Source: a phage
Reading direction: 5' to 3' (one strand)
DNA length: 21,210 nucleotides
Assembly: GCA_012690745.1 (NCBI GenBank)
Contig: GCA_012690745.1_4086.5
Shown here: piece by piece, positions 7,506 through 15,578 of the stretch
How the letters are laid out: every line of letters starts with the position of its first letter
How positions within the stretch are numbered: position 1 is the first letter of the stretch
Program-made: the position numbers and the translations under genes
Notes under the pieces: generated by a model
Seen by the model: only the letters and a program-made list of their open reading frames with translations
Told to the model about the DNA's origin: nothing
The model's database searches: none

Positions 7506-8168
7506 ATGTTAGTTAATCTTAATTTCATCACTTCACCTGACTGGGCATTACGTGGGGTTTCTTTAAACTTCAAGGAAACTATGTTTGATTACATTGGTGA
7601 GTGTACATTGGTAAATGCAACTTTTGACCCAAATCATCCGTTCTGGGCTGAAATTCATGATCCAACTGTAAACAACAATACATCTGTTATGACTATTGTC
7701 CAGACTAAACATGCAGGTATCCTTGCAGGTTATCGACCTGGACATGCAATTGAACACTTCACTGATTACGATGTAGTGGATGAATACCCAATGATCCATG
7801 AAGATGGAAGTCTATACACATCTGAAGACTTCCGTGCTATCTTTAATAGTACTGATGATATTCTACCAAGTGGACGTCCACGTCCTGAGTCTTATCTTAT
7901 GCATCCATCTTATGGTGTAGCAGATACGCTTGAACAGATTATGAATAAGTACAAGAACCTAATTGAAGGTCCAGAAGAAATTGTCCTGTGCTATCACCCA
8001 GTACTTAAGTCTGAACAACCAAAGGATGGTGGATGGCGTTGGCATAAGAATGGTGAGTATATCGGTACTAAACGAAGTAAAGAACGTTTTGAGTACTTGT
8101 ATGATGAACCAGATGTTGATGTGGTTTTGTGTTATAATTTTATTAAGGTGAAAAAGAAATGTATCTAG
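7506..8168 (+). CDS. hypothetical protein
   Basis: Track start 7488 is TTG; ATG 7506 has GAGGA 6 nt upstream. 220 aa. Confidence 0.65.
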   Translation: MLVNLNFITSPDWALRGVSLNFKETMFDYIGECTLVNATFDPNHPFWAEIHDPTVNNNTSVMTIVQTKHAGILAGYRPGHAIEHFTDYDVVDEYPMIHEDGSLYTSEDFRAIFNSTDDILPSGRPRPESYLMHPSYGVADTLEQIMNKYKNLIEGPEEIVLCYHPVLKSEQPKDGGWRWHKNGEYIGTKRSKERFEYLYDEPDVDVVLCYNFIKVKKKCI

Positions 8169-8401
8169 TACTAAGTTTTGTTGTTGCACTATTGTTTATG
8201 TTCTATCCTACACTAGTGGCATTAGCCACTAGACGAACGATGGTAGATCTCACTACTGTATTCTTGCTAAACGTGGCATTAGTACTGGTGTCTATTATCA
8301 TTCCAGTGAGCTTTACAGTTATTGATATTATTTCGGTATTACTCTTCGTGTTAAGTTATCTTATGCTTATTGAAGAAACAAATGTTGACAAACGTTCGTA
8401 G
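8159..8401 (+). CDS. small integral membrane protein
   Basis: AAGGTG upstream of ATG; almost entirely hydrophobic (two predicted TM helices). Confidence 0.6.
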   Translation: MYLVLSFVVALLFMFYPTLVALATRRTMVDLTTVFLLNVALVLVSIIIPVSFTVIDIISVLLFVLSYLMLIEETNVDKRS

Positions 8402-8412
8402 TACTGTATAAT
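8385..8412 (+). promoter_or_regulatory. sigma70-type promoter TTGACA-16-TATAAT
   Basis: TTGACA 8385..8390, spacer ending gtactg, TATAAT 8407..8412; overlaps the 3' end of the preceding gene. Confidence 0.6.
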
Positions 8413-8458
8413 GGTTCCTGTAGTCTGAAACTTAACACTTAAACTTGAGGTAAAAAAT

Positions 8459-8785
8459 ATGCTATCAGTACTAATTTCAATTCCGTCTTTAATTCTGATT
8501 TGGCTTCTGGTTTACGAATGCTTCATTACTGATGATAATGATAAAAAAGAGTTCTCTGAGTTGTTTATGCTTGATTCACCGATTGTGCGTATTTTCTATG
8601 CAGTCGTTGTGGTTTCAGTAATTGTATGGGTTTTGAGTTTTATCTTCCCACTCGGTGCAGTAGTTAAAACTTTGGATTTAGTTGAGAACTTTGTTGCAAT
8701 TATGTGGCTAATCAAAGCACTATTTGCAGGAAATGTTAAAATTTGGATTGATATTATCAAATTCAAGTTCACGAATAAGATGTAA
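8459..8785 (+). CDS. small integral membrane protein
   Basis: GAGGT 7 nt upstream of ATG; multiple hydrophobic segments. Confidence 0.6.
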   Translation: MLSVLISIPSLILIWLLVYECFITDDNDKKEFSELFMLDSPIVRIFYAVVVVSVIVWVLSFIFPLGAVVKTLDLVENFVAIMWLIKALFAGNVKIWIDIIKFKFTNKM

Positions 8786-8810
8786 CAGTGAAAATATCTC
8801 TATAGTATTA

Positions 8811-8845
8811 AATACTTCTGTACATATATATAGTACAGAAGTATT
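8811..8845 (+). terminator. 13-bp perfect-stem hairpin, probable terminator
   Basis: aatacttctgtac (8811..8823) / gtacagaagtatt (8833..8845) with a 9-nt AT loop, followed by a T-rich tract (ttctcgtt); intergenic. Confidence 0.45.
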
Positions 8846-8863
8846 TCTCGTTAGAGGTTTGTT

Positions 8864-9223
8864 ATGAAGAGTTATATAAAATTAATAGCACTTGTGTGTG
8901 CATTATTTTCATGTTTTAGTTATGGTGCAGCAGCAGAAACATATTGTCGTAGTACTAAGGGAACGTGGCATGTATTGACTAACGACCCTAGAAATGGTAA
9001 AAATATAGTTGTTGATGGTGTGATTTATCGTTTTAAAGTAGAAAGTATTATCGGTAATAAAAAAATCTCGACTTATAGAGATGATTCTGGTACATTAGCA
9101 AACGTAATATTAATTGTAGACCCAAGAACTGGTAATGGTGATATCTATATAGTAATTTACTTGGACTCATCAGTACGCCGTGACCTAGATATAGATAAAT
9201 TGAACTTACACTGTGAAATATAG
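8864..9223 (+). CDS. putative secreted protein
   Basis: AGAGG 7 nt upstream; MKSYIKLIALVCALFSCFSYGAAAE looks like a cleavable signal peptide. Confidence 0.65.
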   Translation: MKSYIKLIALVCALFSCFSYGAAAETYCRSTKGTWHVLTNDPRNGKNIVVDGVIYRFKVESIIGNKKISTYRDDSGTLANVILIVDPRTGNGDIYIVIYLDSSVRRDLDIDKLNLHCEI

Positions 9224-9233
9224 GACTTAAAAA

Positions 9234-9611
9234 ATGGTAAACACTATTTTACTTTTGTTGTTGAATATTCCAATTATTCTGTCTTTTTTAATTTCTATTT
9301 TTATGGCAGGATATTGTTTAGTTGCAGTAATTCATTTCATTTTAACAAACAAATATGTCCTAATTTCTAAGCTTGATTCTATTTTTGCTTGCGATTCGAT
9401 TGCTTATAACTTGTGGTTAATTTGTTCTTGCATTATGGGAGTAACTTTCCTTCTGTATGTATTTGATGTCCTTGACCAAAAGTTCGTATACATCAGTACT
9501 GGATTGGCTCTTTATCCTGCTACGTGGTACTTGATTTACGTTGGTGATATATGGTATAGTACTTATAAAGAATATCAGTACAAGAAATCACTTAACGTTG
9601 GAGGAAAATAA
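9234..9611 (+). CDS. integral membrane protein
   Basis: TAGGA upstream; several hydrophobic segments. Confidence 0.6.
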   Translation: MVNTILLLLLNIPIILSFLISIFMAGYCLVAVIHFILTNKYVLISKLDSIFACDSIAYNLWLICSCIMGVTFLLYVFDVLDQKFVYISTGLALYPATWYLIYVGDIWYSTYKEYQYKKSLNVGGK

Positions 9612-9613
9612 TC

Positions 9614-9964
9614 ATGAAAATTATTTTATTTTTTGTATGTATGTTAATGTGTGGATTGTCATATGCTGAACCATTGGAAGGTTTAGTTTGTACAGATGGT
9701 AATATTAAACATATCTATCAAGGTGATAGTGACGATCGAGATATTGTATATATTGATGGACAATCATATACGTTTGTTAAAGAGCATACAGTAGGCGACA
9801 TTAGCTTCACTGAGTTTTCTAACGACACAGACCCTAACTTCTTAGCGTTTATTGAAGTAGATGTATATGAAGATAGTAATGGCACACAATATGCTAAATT
9901 AGTTATGATGCGTCGTGGTGCTAAAGAAACTAGTTTTGGTGGCTTGTGTAAATATAAGGATTGA
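9614..9964 (+). CDS. putative secreted protein
   Basis: GAGGA 8 nt upstream; MKIILFFVCMLMCGLSYAEP signal peptide. Confidence 0.65.
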   Translation: MKIILFFVCMLMCGLSYAEPLEGLVCTDGNIKHIYQGDSDDRDIVYIDGQSYTFVKEHTVGDISFTEFSNDTDPNFLAFIEVDVYEDSNGTQYAKLVMMRRGAKETSFGGLCKYKD

Positions 9965-9968
9965 TATT

Positions 9969-10160
9969 ATGTTGATTTATCAAAGTGATAATATTCGTGT
10001 TATGCAGCATCCCTACTTACAAATCTTTGATGTGCAGCAGTATATGGAAGGTGATGACCCAAGAACCTATGGTCGTAAGTATGATTACTTCACTGTAAAG
10101 CAGTGTAAAAATATTAACGAAGTACGACAATTAGTTCAAGAACTTCAAAACAAAGGTTGA
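9969..10160 (+). CDS. hypothetical protein
   Basis: Track start 9915 overlaps upstream gene; in-frame ATG 9969 has AAGGA 8 nt upstream. The TGA stop lies inside the downstream terminator hairpin. Confidence 0.55.
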   Translation: MLIYQSDNIRVMQHPYLQIFDVQQYMEGDDPRTYGRKYDYFTVKQCKNINEVRQLVQELQNKG

Positions 10161-10186
10161 CTTCGGTCAGCCTTTTTTGTTATAAT
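10152..10186 (+). promoter_or_regulatory. terminator hairpin fused to promoter (repeated module, copy A)
   Basis: ggttgac-ttcg-gtcagcc stem-loop (10155..10172) plus T6; TTGACT inside the stem (10157..10162), 18-nt spacer, TATAAT 10181..10186. Confidence 0.7.
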
Positions 10187-10214
10187 TCTCTTAATAAATT
10201 AGAGGATTTTAATT

Positions 10215-10655
10215 ATGTATGTATATCGTTTTGAACTTAAATTTAGTTACATTGAACCTAACTTAGATCCTGCACGAACTGTAGGTCCGTTTGCACGGTA
10301 TTCAACCAGATACAGTACTAAAAATGGATTTGACCGTTTGCTTATGACTACACCTTCTCAATTCCAACCTGAACCAACTGAGGATGGGATCTATTTAATC
10401 AAAAGTGGATGGGTATTTGGCTGTCAAAGTTTGAAAGATTTGTTCAGATTCTTCACTATGGACTTGGGTAAATTGCATCGTGCTGGGTTTGCTATATCTG
10501 TATATGAAGTTCCAGACCACCATGTAGACATTGGTCGTAATCAGGTTCAGTACTATTGCGGTAGTGCTAAATTAGTTCGTATCATGTCAGTTAAGGAAGC
10601 AAAGGATGAGTTCCGACAAAGTAAAAGAGAAACACATGAGGTAATATATGGATAA
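10215..10655 (+). CDS. hypothetical protein
   Basis: GAGGA 7 nt upstream; 146 aa. Confidence 0.65.
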   Translation: MYVYRFELKFSYIEPNLDPARTVGPFARYSTRYSTKNGFDRLLMTTPSQFQPEPTEDGIYLIKSGWVFGCQSLKDLFRFFTMDLGKLHRAGFAISVYEVPDHHVDIGRNQVQYYCGSAKLVRIMSVKEAKDEFRQSKRETHEVIYG

Positions 10656-10992
10656 AACTCAAATAGAATTAAAGAAATTTGTTTCATTCTATCTTCCTGA
10701 TGACCCACGTAATTCACAAAAAGATATTGAATATTATAATATCCTATCTAAACAGTTAATGAGAAAGTTTCAACAGTGTTTAACTATATTCAATACAGAT
10801 GGAAGACGTAGATACCGAATCGTTTCAATGAATGATGAAAACGCAAATTTCTTTGATTACGATGTAGTTTTTAGAGCATATAATGATGATCGTATAAAAT
10901 TAAATTATGATCAAATTATACTTGACCTGAATGTTATATGTGTTATAATCACTCACGTAGCCGAACTTAATGGTTTTAAAGAATGGTATTGA
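10648..10992 (+). CDS. hypothetical protein
   Basis: Overlaps upstream stop by 8 nt; GAGGT upstream. Confidence 0.6.
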   Translation: MDKTQIELKKFVSFYLPDDPRNSQKDIEYYNILSKQLMRKFQQCLTIFNTDGRRRYRIVSMNDENANFFDYDVVFRAYNDDRIKLNYDQIILDLNVICVIITHVAELNGFKEWY

Positions 10993-11006
10993 ATAGAGGA
11001 TAACAT

Positions 11007-11273
11007 ATGAAGCTTAAATTACAATATAATGGATTTACTTTACGTAATGATACTGAATTTATTAATCGTTCTCCTGGTGCTGAACTGTTTTTACGAGAGA
11101 TGAACATTCCTTTCATCATTACTACAGTGGGCGACCGTGAAGTTCTACAATATGCAGAGCATCCGATTATTGATGTTCCTTGGTACTCTGAGCATATGTA
11201 CATGGATATGGCACGTCGCTACAACTGTAAGTTCGTAGTTGAAGGTGATAAAATTACAGTCGAATTTAAATAA
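11007..11273 (+). CDS. hypothetical protein
   Basis: GAGGA upstream of ATG; 88 aa. Confidence 0.6.
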   Translation: MKLKLQYNGFTLRNDTEFINRSPGAELFLREMNIPFIITTVGDREVLQYAEHPIIDVPWYSEHMYMDMARRYNCKFVVEGDKITVEFK

Positions 11274-11285
11274 GGTAAATTAAAA

Positions 11286-11579
11286 ATGATCAGTACTTCA
11301 GTTAATGAAAGCATCGTCGCTGACGTAGAAATGGTTAAAGAATGTGCAGATGAAACTCTTCGTGATATGTACATTAATGATTTAATTACTGAATACGGTA
11401 GTCGTGGTGTACACGAATTTATTCGTTTAAGTGGAGAGTTGATGAAAAATCGAATTCGTATGAAGCTTAACGTACATCCAAAAGCATGGGCATTTACATT
11501 AAAATACGCAGAAGATATTGTTAATTTGCGTCGAACTGAAGTATATGAACGTTTGCACAATGGTATGTTAGATAAATGA
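11286..11579 (+). CDS. hypothetical protein
   Basis: AAGG upstream; 97 aa. Confidence 0.6.
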   Translation: MISTSVNESIVADVEMVKECADETLRDMYINDLITEYGSRGVHEFIRLSGELMKNRIRMKLNVHPKAWAFTLKYAEDIVNLRRTEVYERLHNGMLDK

Positions 11580-11588
11580 TTGTAAAAT

Positions 11589-11618
11589 AGGAATTCTTAA
11601 ATGAATTCCTTTTTGTTT
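11589..11618 (+). terminator. intrinsic terminator
   Basis: aggaattc-ttaaat-gaattcct hairpin followed by tttttgttt. Confidence 0.6.
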
Positions 11619-11631
11619 ATAAGGTATAGTA

Positions 11632-11853
11632 ATGAAATATATAGTACTTGTACTGATATTATTCAGTACTGTTGTAAGTGCTAAACAAAAAGAATATGTT
11701 AAATGTATAAATTATGAAGAGAAATATGTTGAAACATATAAAAAAAGTATAATTAAAAACGTTTCGATTACTAACAGAGCAACAATCATTGTACTTAAAA
11801 ATGGGTTAATTATGCTATATAAACCACACGTTAAATGTGAAATTATTAATTGA
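11632..11853 (+). CDS. putative secreted small protein
   Basis: AAGG 7 nt upstream; MKYIVLVLILFSTVVSA signal peptide; very AT-rich. Confidence 0.55.
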   Translation: MKYIVLVLILFSTVVSAKQKEYVKCINYEEKYVETYKKSIIKNVSITNRATIIVLKNGLIMLYKPHVKCEIIN

Positions 11854-11860
11854 GGAAATT

Positions 11861-12433
11861 ATGAATCGTAAAGGTCGTTTTAAAGTATCAAAAAAGAACA
11901 AAAGTTCTAGGTTTAAACCTATTGTTTTAACAGTTAAATCTAACAAAGATTTAACTGCACTTAGTAAAAAGATAATTTCATCTAAGATTGAAGTATCATA
12001 CGTAAATTCATTAAAATATATGAATGTTAAACCACTGGACCAACTCATTTCACTTATATTTGAACGTAATGATTTTGAGATATCAGTAGATGATTATAGA
12101 GCCTATAATGCTGGTTTCATTAATGTTACTTGTAATAAAAAACTAACTGAGTTGGAAAATTTGTCATGTATAATAAATCTAGATAAAGGTGTTGTGAAGT
12201 ACCATTTTGTACATTTCACTAATATCAATAATGGAATGGGTGTACAATCCAGACCTATAGTGCCTACGTGTGATGTTACTAAATTAGCAAAGCTCAATGA
12301 TGAAGAATATTTTCAAGAAAGCATTGTAACTGAGCATTTAGATGATATAATAGCTACTTACAAAGAATGCATATGGGTGTTGAATGCTATAAAACCTAAA
12401 TTGTGTTTAATGAATATTGTTCGTGATTTATGA
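11861..12433 (+). CDS. hypothetical protein
   Basis: Track start 11837 overlaps upstream gene; ATG 11861 follows GAGGA. Lys-rich N-terminus; very AT-rich. Confidence 0.6.
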   Translation: MNRKGRFKVSKKNKSSRFKPIVLTVKSNKDLTALSKKIISSKIEVSYVNSLKYMNVKPLDQLISLIFERNDFEISVDDYRAYNAGFINVTCNKKLTELENLSCIINLDKGVVKYHFVHFTNINNGMGVQSRPIVPTCDVTKLAKLNDEEYFQESIVTEHLDDIIATYKECIWVLNAIKPKLCLMNIVRDL

Positions 12434-12446
12434 ATGGGGAATCGTA

Positions 12447-12890
12447 ATGAGTTGGGTAAATGTTAATAGTATTGAACTTAACGAACAAGATATTTTTGCA
12501 TTTGTAAATTTAACTAATAACACAGTACTAAAAGGGCGTTTGTTCAGTGCTAGTGATGGGTACAAATGGATCTCTTTGATGGATGATAGTGGTGTGATTT
12601 ATAATGTAATGCAATTACCCCAATGGGTATATAGTAACACTGCTGACGATGTTCTTACCGCAGTTATGCGTGAGTTTGAAAAACTCCCAGGTGGTGATAT
12701 CAAAAACAAAGTTTTTAATGCAGAACGTAAAAATTATACAGCACAGCAATTGGAATCCCTTGCCATTGCTGCTTATCAAGCTGCTATTAAGAAGCCAGAG
12801 TGCGTTATTCTTAAGTATGTACCAGACTTAAAACTTACGTTGGAAGACATGGATGCATTCATTTTTACATCTGAACTTGATCAGTACTAA
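12447..12890 (+). CDS. hypothetical protein
   Basis: Track start 12417 overlaps upstream gene; ATG 12447 has GGGGA 6 nt upstream. Confidence 0.6.
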   Translation: MSWVNVNSIELNEQDIFAFVNLTNNTVLKGRLFSASDGYKWISLMDDSGVIYNVMQLPQWVYSNTADDVLTAVMREFEKLPGGDIKNKVFNAERKNYTAQQLESLAIAAYQAAIKKPECVILKYVPDLKLTLEDMDAFIFTSELDQY

Positions 12891-12918
12891 TTTAACTTTG
12901 GGACAACCATTCTTATTA

Positions 12919-12927
12919 TGATATAAT
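12919..12927 (+). promoter_or_regulatory. extended -10 promoter (TGaTATAAT)
   Basis: tgaTATAAT at 12919..12927. Confidence 0.4.
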
Positions 12928-12961
12928 GTTTTATGTCATTCGATATAAATGACAACGGAAC

Positions 12962-12969
12962 TATAAATA
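12962..12969 (+). promoter_or_regulatory. T4-type late promoter box TATAAATA
   Basis: Exact TATAAATA 37 nt upstream of ATG 13006; one of only two exact copies in the window. Confidence 0.55.
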
Positions 12970-13005
12970 TTATAGTAAAATTTATCTCTTATAGGAGTTA
13001 TAAAA

Positions 13006-13389
13006 ATGGTTGATAAATGGAATAAGAAAGATCCATCACATGATGTTGATATTTCTGGTCTAGACAATGCACATAAGCACAAGTATCTAGATTCACTAGG
13101 TCTTCTAAAACCAGACCAAAGTCTTGCACATGATCGTCCATCCCGTGAAAAAGCATTTAGCCTAGAATCACTAGGTCATGAGCTTAATCGTGTGTTTGAG
13201 GATCACCCAATCTATGTACGTGATATTATCGAGAAACTTAAAGTAACTCCTAAAGAGCACTTTAAAGCAACTGTACACTCTGCATTCCGTGCATTACATG
13301 AATCTCTAAAGAAAACTCACAATCTTCGTAAAATTCATGATGAAATCGTGAATGCAATCGAAAGTGAAAAACATAAGTTCAAGAAGTAA
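13006..13389 (+). CDS. hypothetical protein, paralog of the N-terminal region of the 13635 product; candidate late (virion-associated) protein
   Basis: AGGAG 8 nt upstream. Shares KYLDSLGLLKPDQ and …IIEKLKVTPKEHFKATVHSAFRAL with 13635 (RYVNSLGLLNATQ; …IVKELQSVPKEELKVKAQAVLDAM). Confidence 0.7.
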   Translation: MVDKWNKKDPSHDVDISGLDNAHKHKYLDSLGLLKPDQSLAHDRPSREKAFSLESLGHELNRVFEDHPIYVRDIIEKLKVTPKEHFKATVHSAFRALHESLKKTHNLRKIHDEIVNAIESEKHKFKK

Positions 13390-13391
13390 TA

Positions 13392-13428
13392 AAAAGGGTT
13401 GACTAAGGTCAGCCCTTTGTTGTATCAT
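13392..13428 (+). promoter_or_regulatory. terminator hairpin fused to promoter (repeated module, copy B, variant loop)
   Basis: gggttgac-taag-gtcagccc (13396..13415) plus T-rich tail; TTGACT 13399..13404, 18-nt spacer, TATCAT 13423..13428. Confidence 0.6.
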
Positions 13429-13457
13429 AACTTCTCAATATAACTGAGGTATCATAT

Positions 13458-13571
13458 ATGCAAGGTTTAAAATTTGTAGTTGCTGCACTCATCGCCGCAG
13501 TACTGGTTGGTGGTGTATTCTATGTAGTGGATCAAAAAGTAAATCCACCTGCACAAGAACAATCTAAGTAA
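13458..13571 (+). CDS. candidate 37-aa single-TM peptide
   Basis: GAGG 7 nt upstream of ATG; MQGLKFVVAALIAAVLVGGVFYVV… ; sits alone between module copies B and C. Below the ORF-track size cutoff. Confidence 0.4.
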   Translation: MQGLKFVVAALIAAVLVGGVFYVVDQKVNPPAQEQSK

Positions 13572-13579
13572 CAAAATAA

Positions 13580-13617
13580 GGTTGACTTCGGTCAGCCTTT
13601 TCTTTATACTATAAATA
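13580..13617 (+). promoter_or_regulatory. terminator hairpin fused to promoter (copy C) overlapping a TATAAATA late box
   Basis: ggttgac-ttcg-gtcagcc (13580..13597) plus T-rich run; TTGACT 13583..13588; exact TATAAATA at 13610..13617. Confidence 0.65.
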
Positions 13618-13634
13618 TAGACATAGAGAAAAAA

Positions 13635-14912
13635 ATGAAATCTATGGAGAGAAATCAAATGCCAAGTAATTTTACTGATAAAAATGGTGGTAACATGGCT
13701 GGTCACTCTGATAAATGGAGTGAACGCAACCGCCGTCCAAATAGTTATCAAGCAGGTCAAGGTTCACGTGGATCACGTAACCAAGGAACTGGTCTAGCTG
13801 GTAAAGCAAACGCAGAAGCAGGTGAAGTTAAGAGTACTGAGAACATGACTGAGCTAGAAAAGCTACGTTATGTTAATTCATTGGGACTTCTTAATGCTAC
13901 ACAAAAACAACGCCTAGCTGATATGGAACGTGAAGAAAAAGAAAAATCTGCTCCTGCTAAAGAAGAACCAAAACAAGAAGCACCAAAGGCGGTTAACCCT
14001 GTCAAAGAACTGTCGGATAAGTTAGGTAAGATTTTTGCTAATAAACCACAACTTATCCAAGGTATTGTGAAAGAATTGCAATCTGTACCTAAAGAAGAAT
14101 TAAAAGTCAAAGCACAAGCTGTGCTTGATGCAATGAGTGGAAATACCAGTACTGAACCAACTGAAGTATTCAGTACTATAATGCGTGCACTTGAAGGTAC
14201 GCAACAAGGTGATGTGCCTGCACAAGAGGAAGTAAGTCTTGAAAGCGTACTTAAAACATTTGATAGTATTGGTAAAGAAGACCGTGCTAATGCTCAACAA
14301 GTTAAGAATGTACTAGCTAAGTTAGAAAACCGTCTGGAAGGTAAAGACGATAAGATTAAATTAGTATCTGATGCAGTTAACGATGCACTTAAATCTTATG
14401 TACAAGGTGAAAAGAGTCGTTTTGTAACTGCAATGGATGCTGCATTCAATACTATGAAAAAGTATGAAGCTGATCATGGTGAGAAGGTTACACGAGATGG
14501 TTATCTGATGCGTGATGATGAAGAAGGTGCAGTAGAACAGAACGATGTTCATTCAGACGAAGAAATTGATGACATGGAAGCTGAACTGTCACAAGACCGC
14601 CAAATGACTGAAAAATCCCATAACGAACTACAGAAATTAATGCAATGGGTTGCAGATGTTGGTGAAAAAGCTGGTGCTGATAAGAAGAGTATAAACCGAA
14701 ATCTTAGTTGGATTAAAGATAAAGTTGGTAACAACGCTCGTAAACTACAAAAAGCGTGGACTGATGTAGTGAATGGTGCTGTTGATATTGATGTTGAATC
14801 CGGTGAGGCATATGATTATGCATTGACTACACTTGATGACTCTTTCCGTGATTACGAAAATGGAAATGTAACTCCTTGGGAAAAGGACATCATGAGCAAA
14901 TACGGTAAATGA
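13635..14912 (+). CDS. hypothetical 425-aa protein with Gly/Ser/Arg-rich, probably disordered N-terminus; candidate late (virion-associated) protein
   Basis: Longest ORF in the window; preceded by a TATAAATA late box; N-terminal region paralogous to 13006; acidic, Lys/Glu-rich central part. Confidence 0.75.
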   Translation: MKSMERNQMPSNFTDKNGGNMAGHSDKWSERNRRPNSYQAGQGSRGSRNQGTGLAGKANAEAGEVKSTENMTELEKLRYVNSLGLLNATQKQRLADMEREEKEKSAPAKEEPKQEAPKAVNPVKELSDKLGKIFANKPQLIQGIVKELQSVPKEELKVKAQAVLDAMSGNTSTEPTEVFSTIMRALEGTQQGDVPAQEEVSLESVLKTFDSIGKEDRANAQQVKNVLAKLENRLEGKDDKIKLVSDAVNDALKSYVQGEKSRFVTAMDAAFNTMKKYEADHGEKVTRDGYLMRDDEEGAVEQNDVHSDEEIDDMEAELSQDRQMTEKSHNELQKLMQWVADVGEKAGADKKSINRNLSWIKDKVGNNARKLQKAWTDVVNGAVDIDVESGEAYDYALTTLDDSFRDYENGNVTPWEKDIMSKYGK

Positions 14913-14920
14913 TAAAACAA

Positions 14921-14954
14921 AAGGTTGACTTCGGTCAGCCTTTTTTTGTAAATA
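14921..14954 (+). promoter_or_regulatory. terminator hairpin fused to promoter (copy D)
   Basis: ggttgac-ttcg-gtcagcc (14923..14940) plus T7; TTGACT 14925..14930; weak -10 TAAATA 14949..14954. Confidence 0.65.
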
Positions 14955-14983
14955 CAAAAGAGGAATTAAGAAGAGGGATTACA

Positions 14984-15235
14984 ATGAAAAAATATATTAT
15001 ATTTGGAATTGTATTATTTTCCAGTACTGCTTATGGTGCAGATTATCATTGCTCCGTAGCAAGGCAGGATTTCAGAAATGGGGAGTTCTATACTACCTCA
15101 TACACAAAAGGAATAATACACGACACCGACAGAACTATTGGATTTAATGCGTTTGACAACAAAGATTCATATACTTCAGGTATACTATCTGAGCGTAAGA
15201 CTGATGTAATGGGAATAGAAAAAGAGTTCCGGTGA
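14984..15235 (+). CDS. putative secreted protein
   Basis: Track ORF 14909 reads through the hairpin; in-frame ATG 14984 has GAGGG 6 nt upstream; MKKYIIFGIVLFSSTAYGADY signal peptide. Confidence 0.6.
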   Translation: MKKYIIFGIVLFSSTAYGADYHCSVARQDFRNGEFYTTSYTKGIIHDTDRTIGFNAFDNKDSYTSGILSERKTDVMGIEKEFR

Positions 15236-15245
15236 TTCAGTAGCA

Positions 15246-15569
15246 ATGTGTAATGACATTGAAAGTACTAAAACAATTTATTATAATAATGAACGTAACT
15301 ATCGTTTTCATAATTTAACCACAAATAAAAGTTTACTATTTTACAATTGTAAAGAAGTAATACTCCCATCAGACAATAGCTGTACTCCAACTAATCAACC
15401 CCCAGCACAATGTAATACTCCCTCTGAACCTGATAAAAATAAAAAAGACAAAGATAAAGATAAAAAAGAAGACAAAAAACCTTTAAAAGATAAAAAGAAA
15501 GATAAAAAACATAATCCGTTTAAAAATAATAAACAAGCACAACCCGATATGACGTGTAAAATAAAATAA
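15246..15569 (+). CDS. hypothetical protein with Lys/Asp-rich low-complexity tail
   Basis: Only a weak SD (GGTGA); C-terminal DKNKKDKDKDKKEDKKPLKDKKKDKKHNP encoded by a simple aaagat-type DNA repeat (about 15430..15510). Confidence 0.4.
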   Translation: MCNDIESTKTIYYNNERNYRFHNLTTNKSLLFYNCKEVILPSDNSCTPTNQPPAQCNTPSEPDKNKKDKDKDKKEDKKPLKDKKKDKKHNPFKNNKQAQPDMTCKIK

Positions 15570-15578
15570 GGATATATA

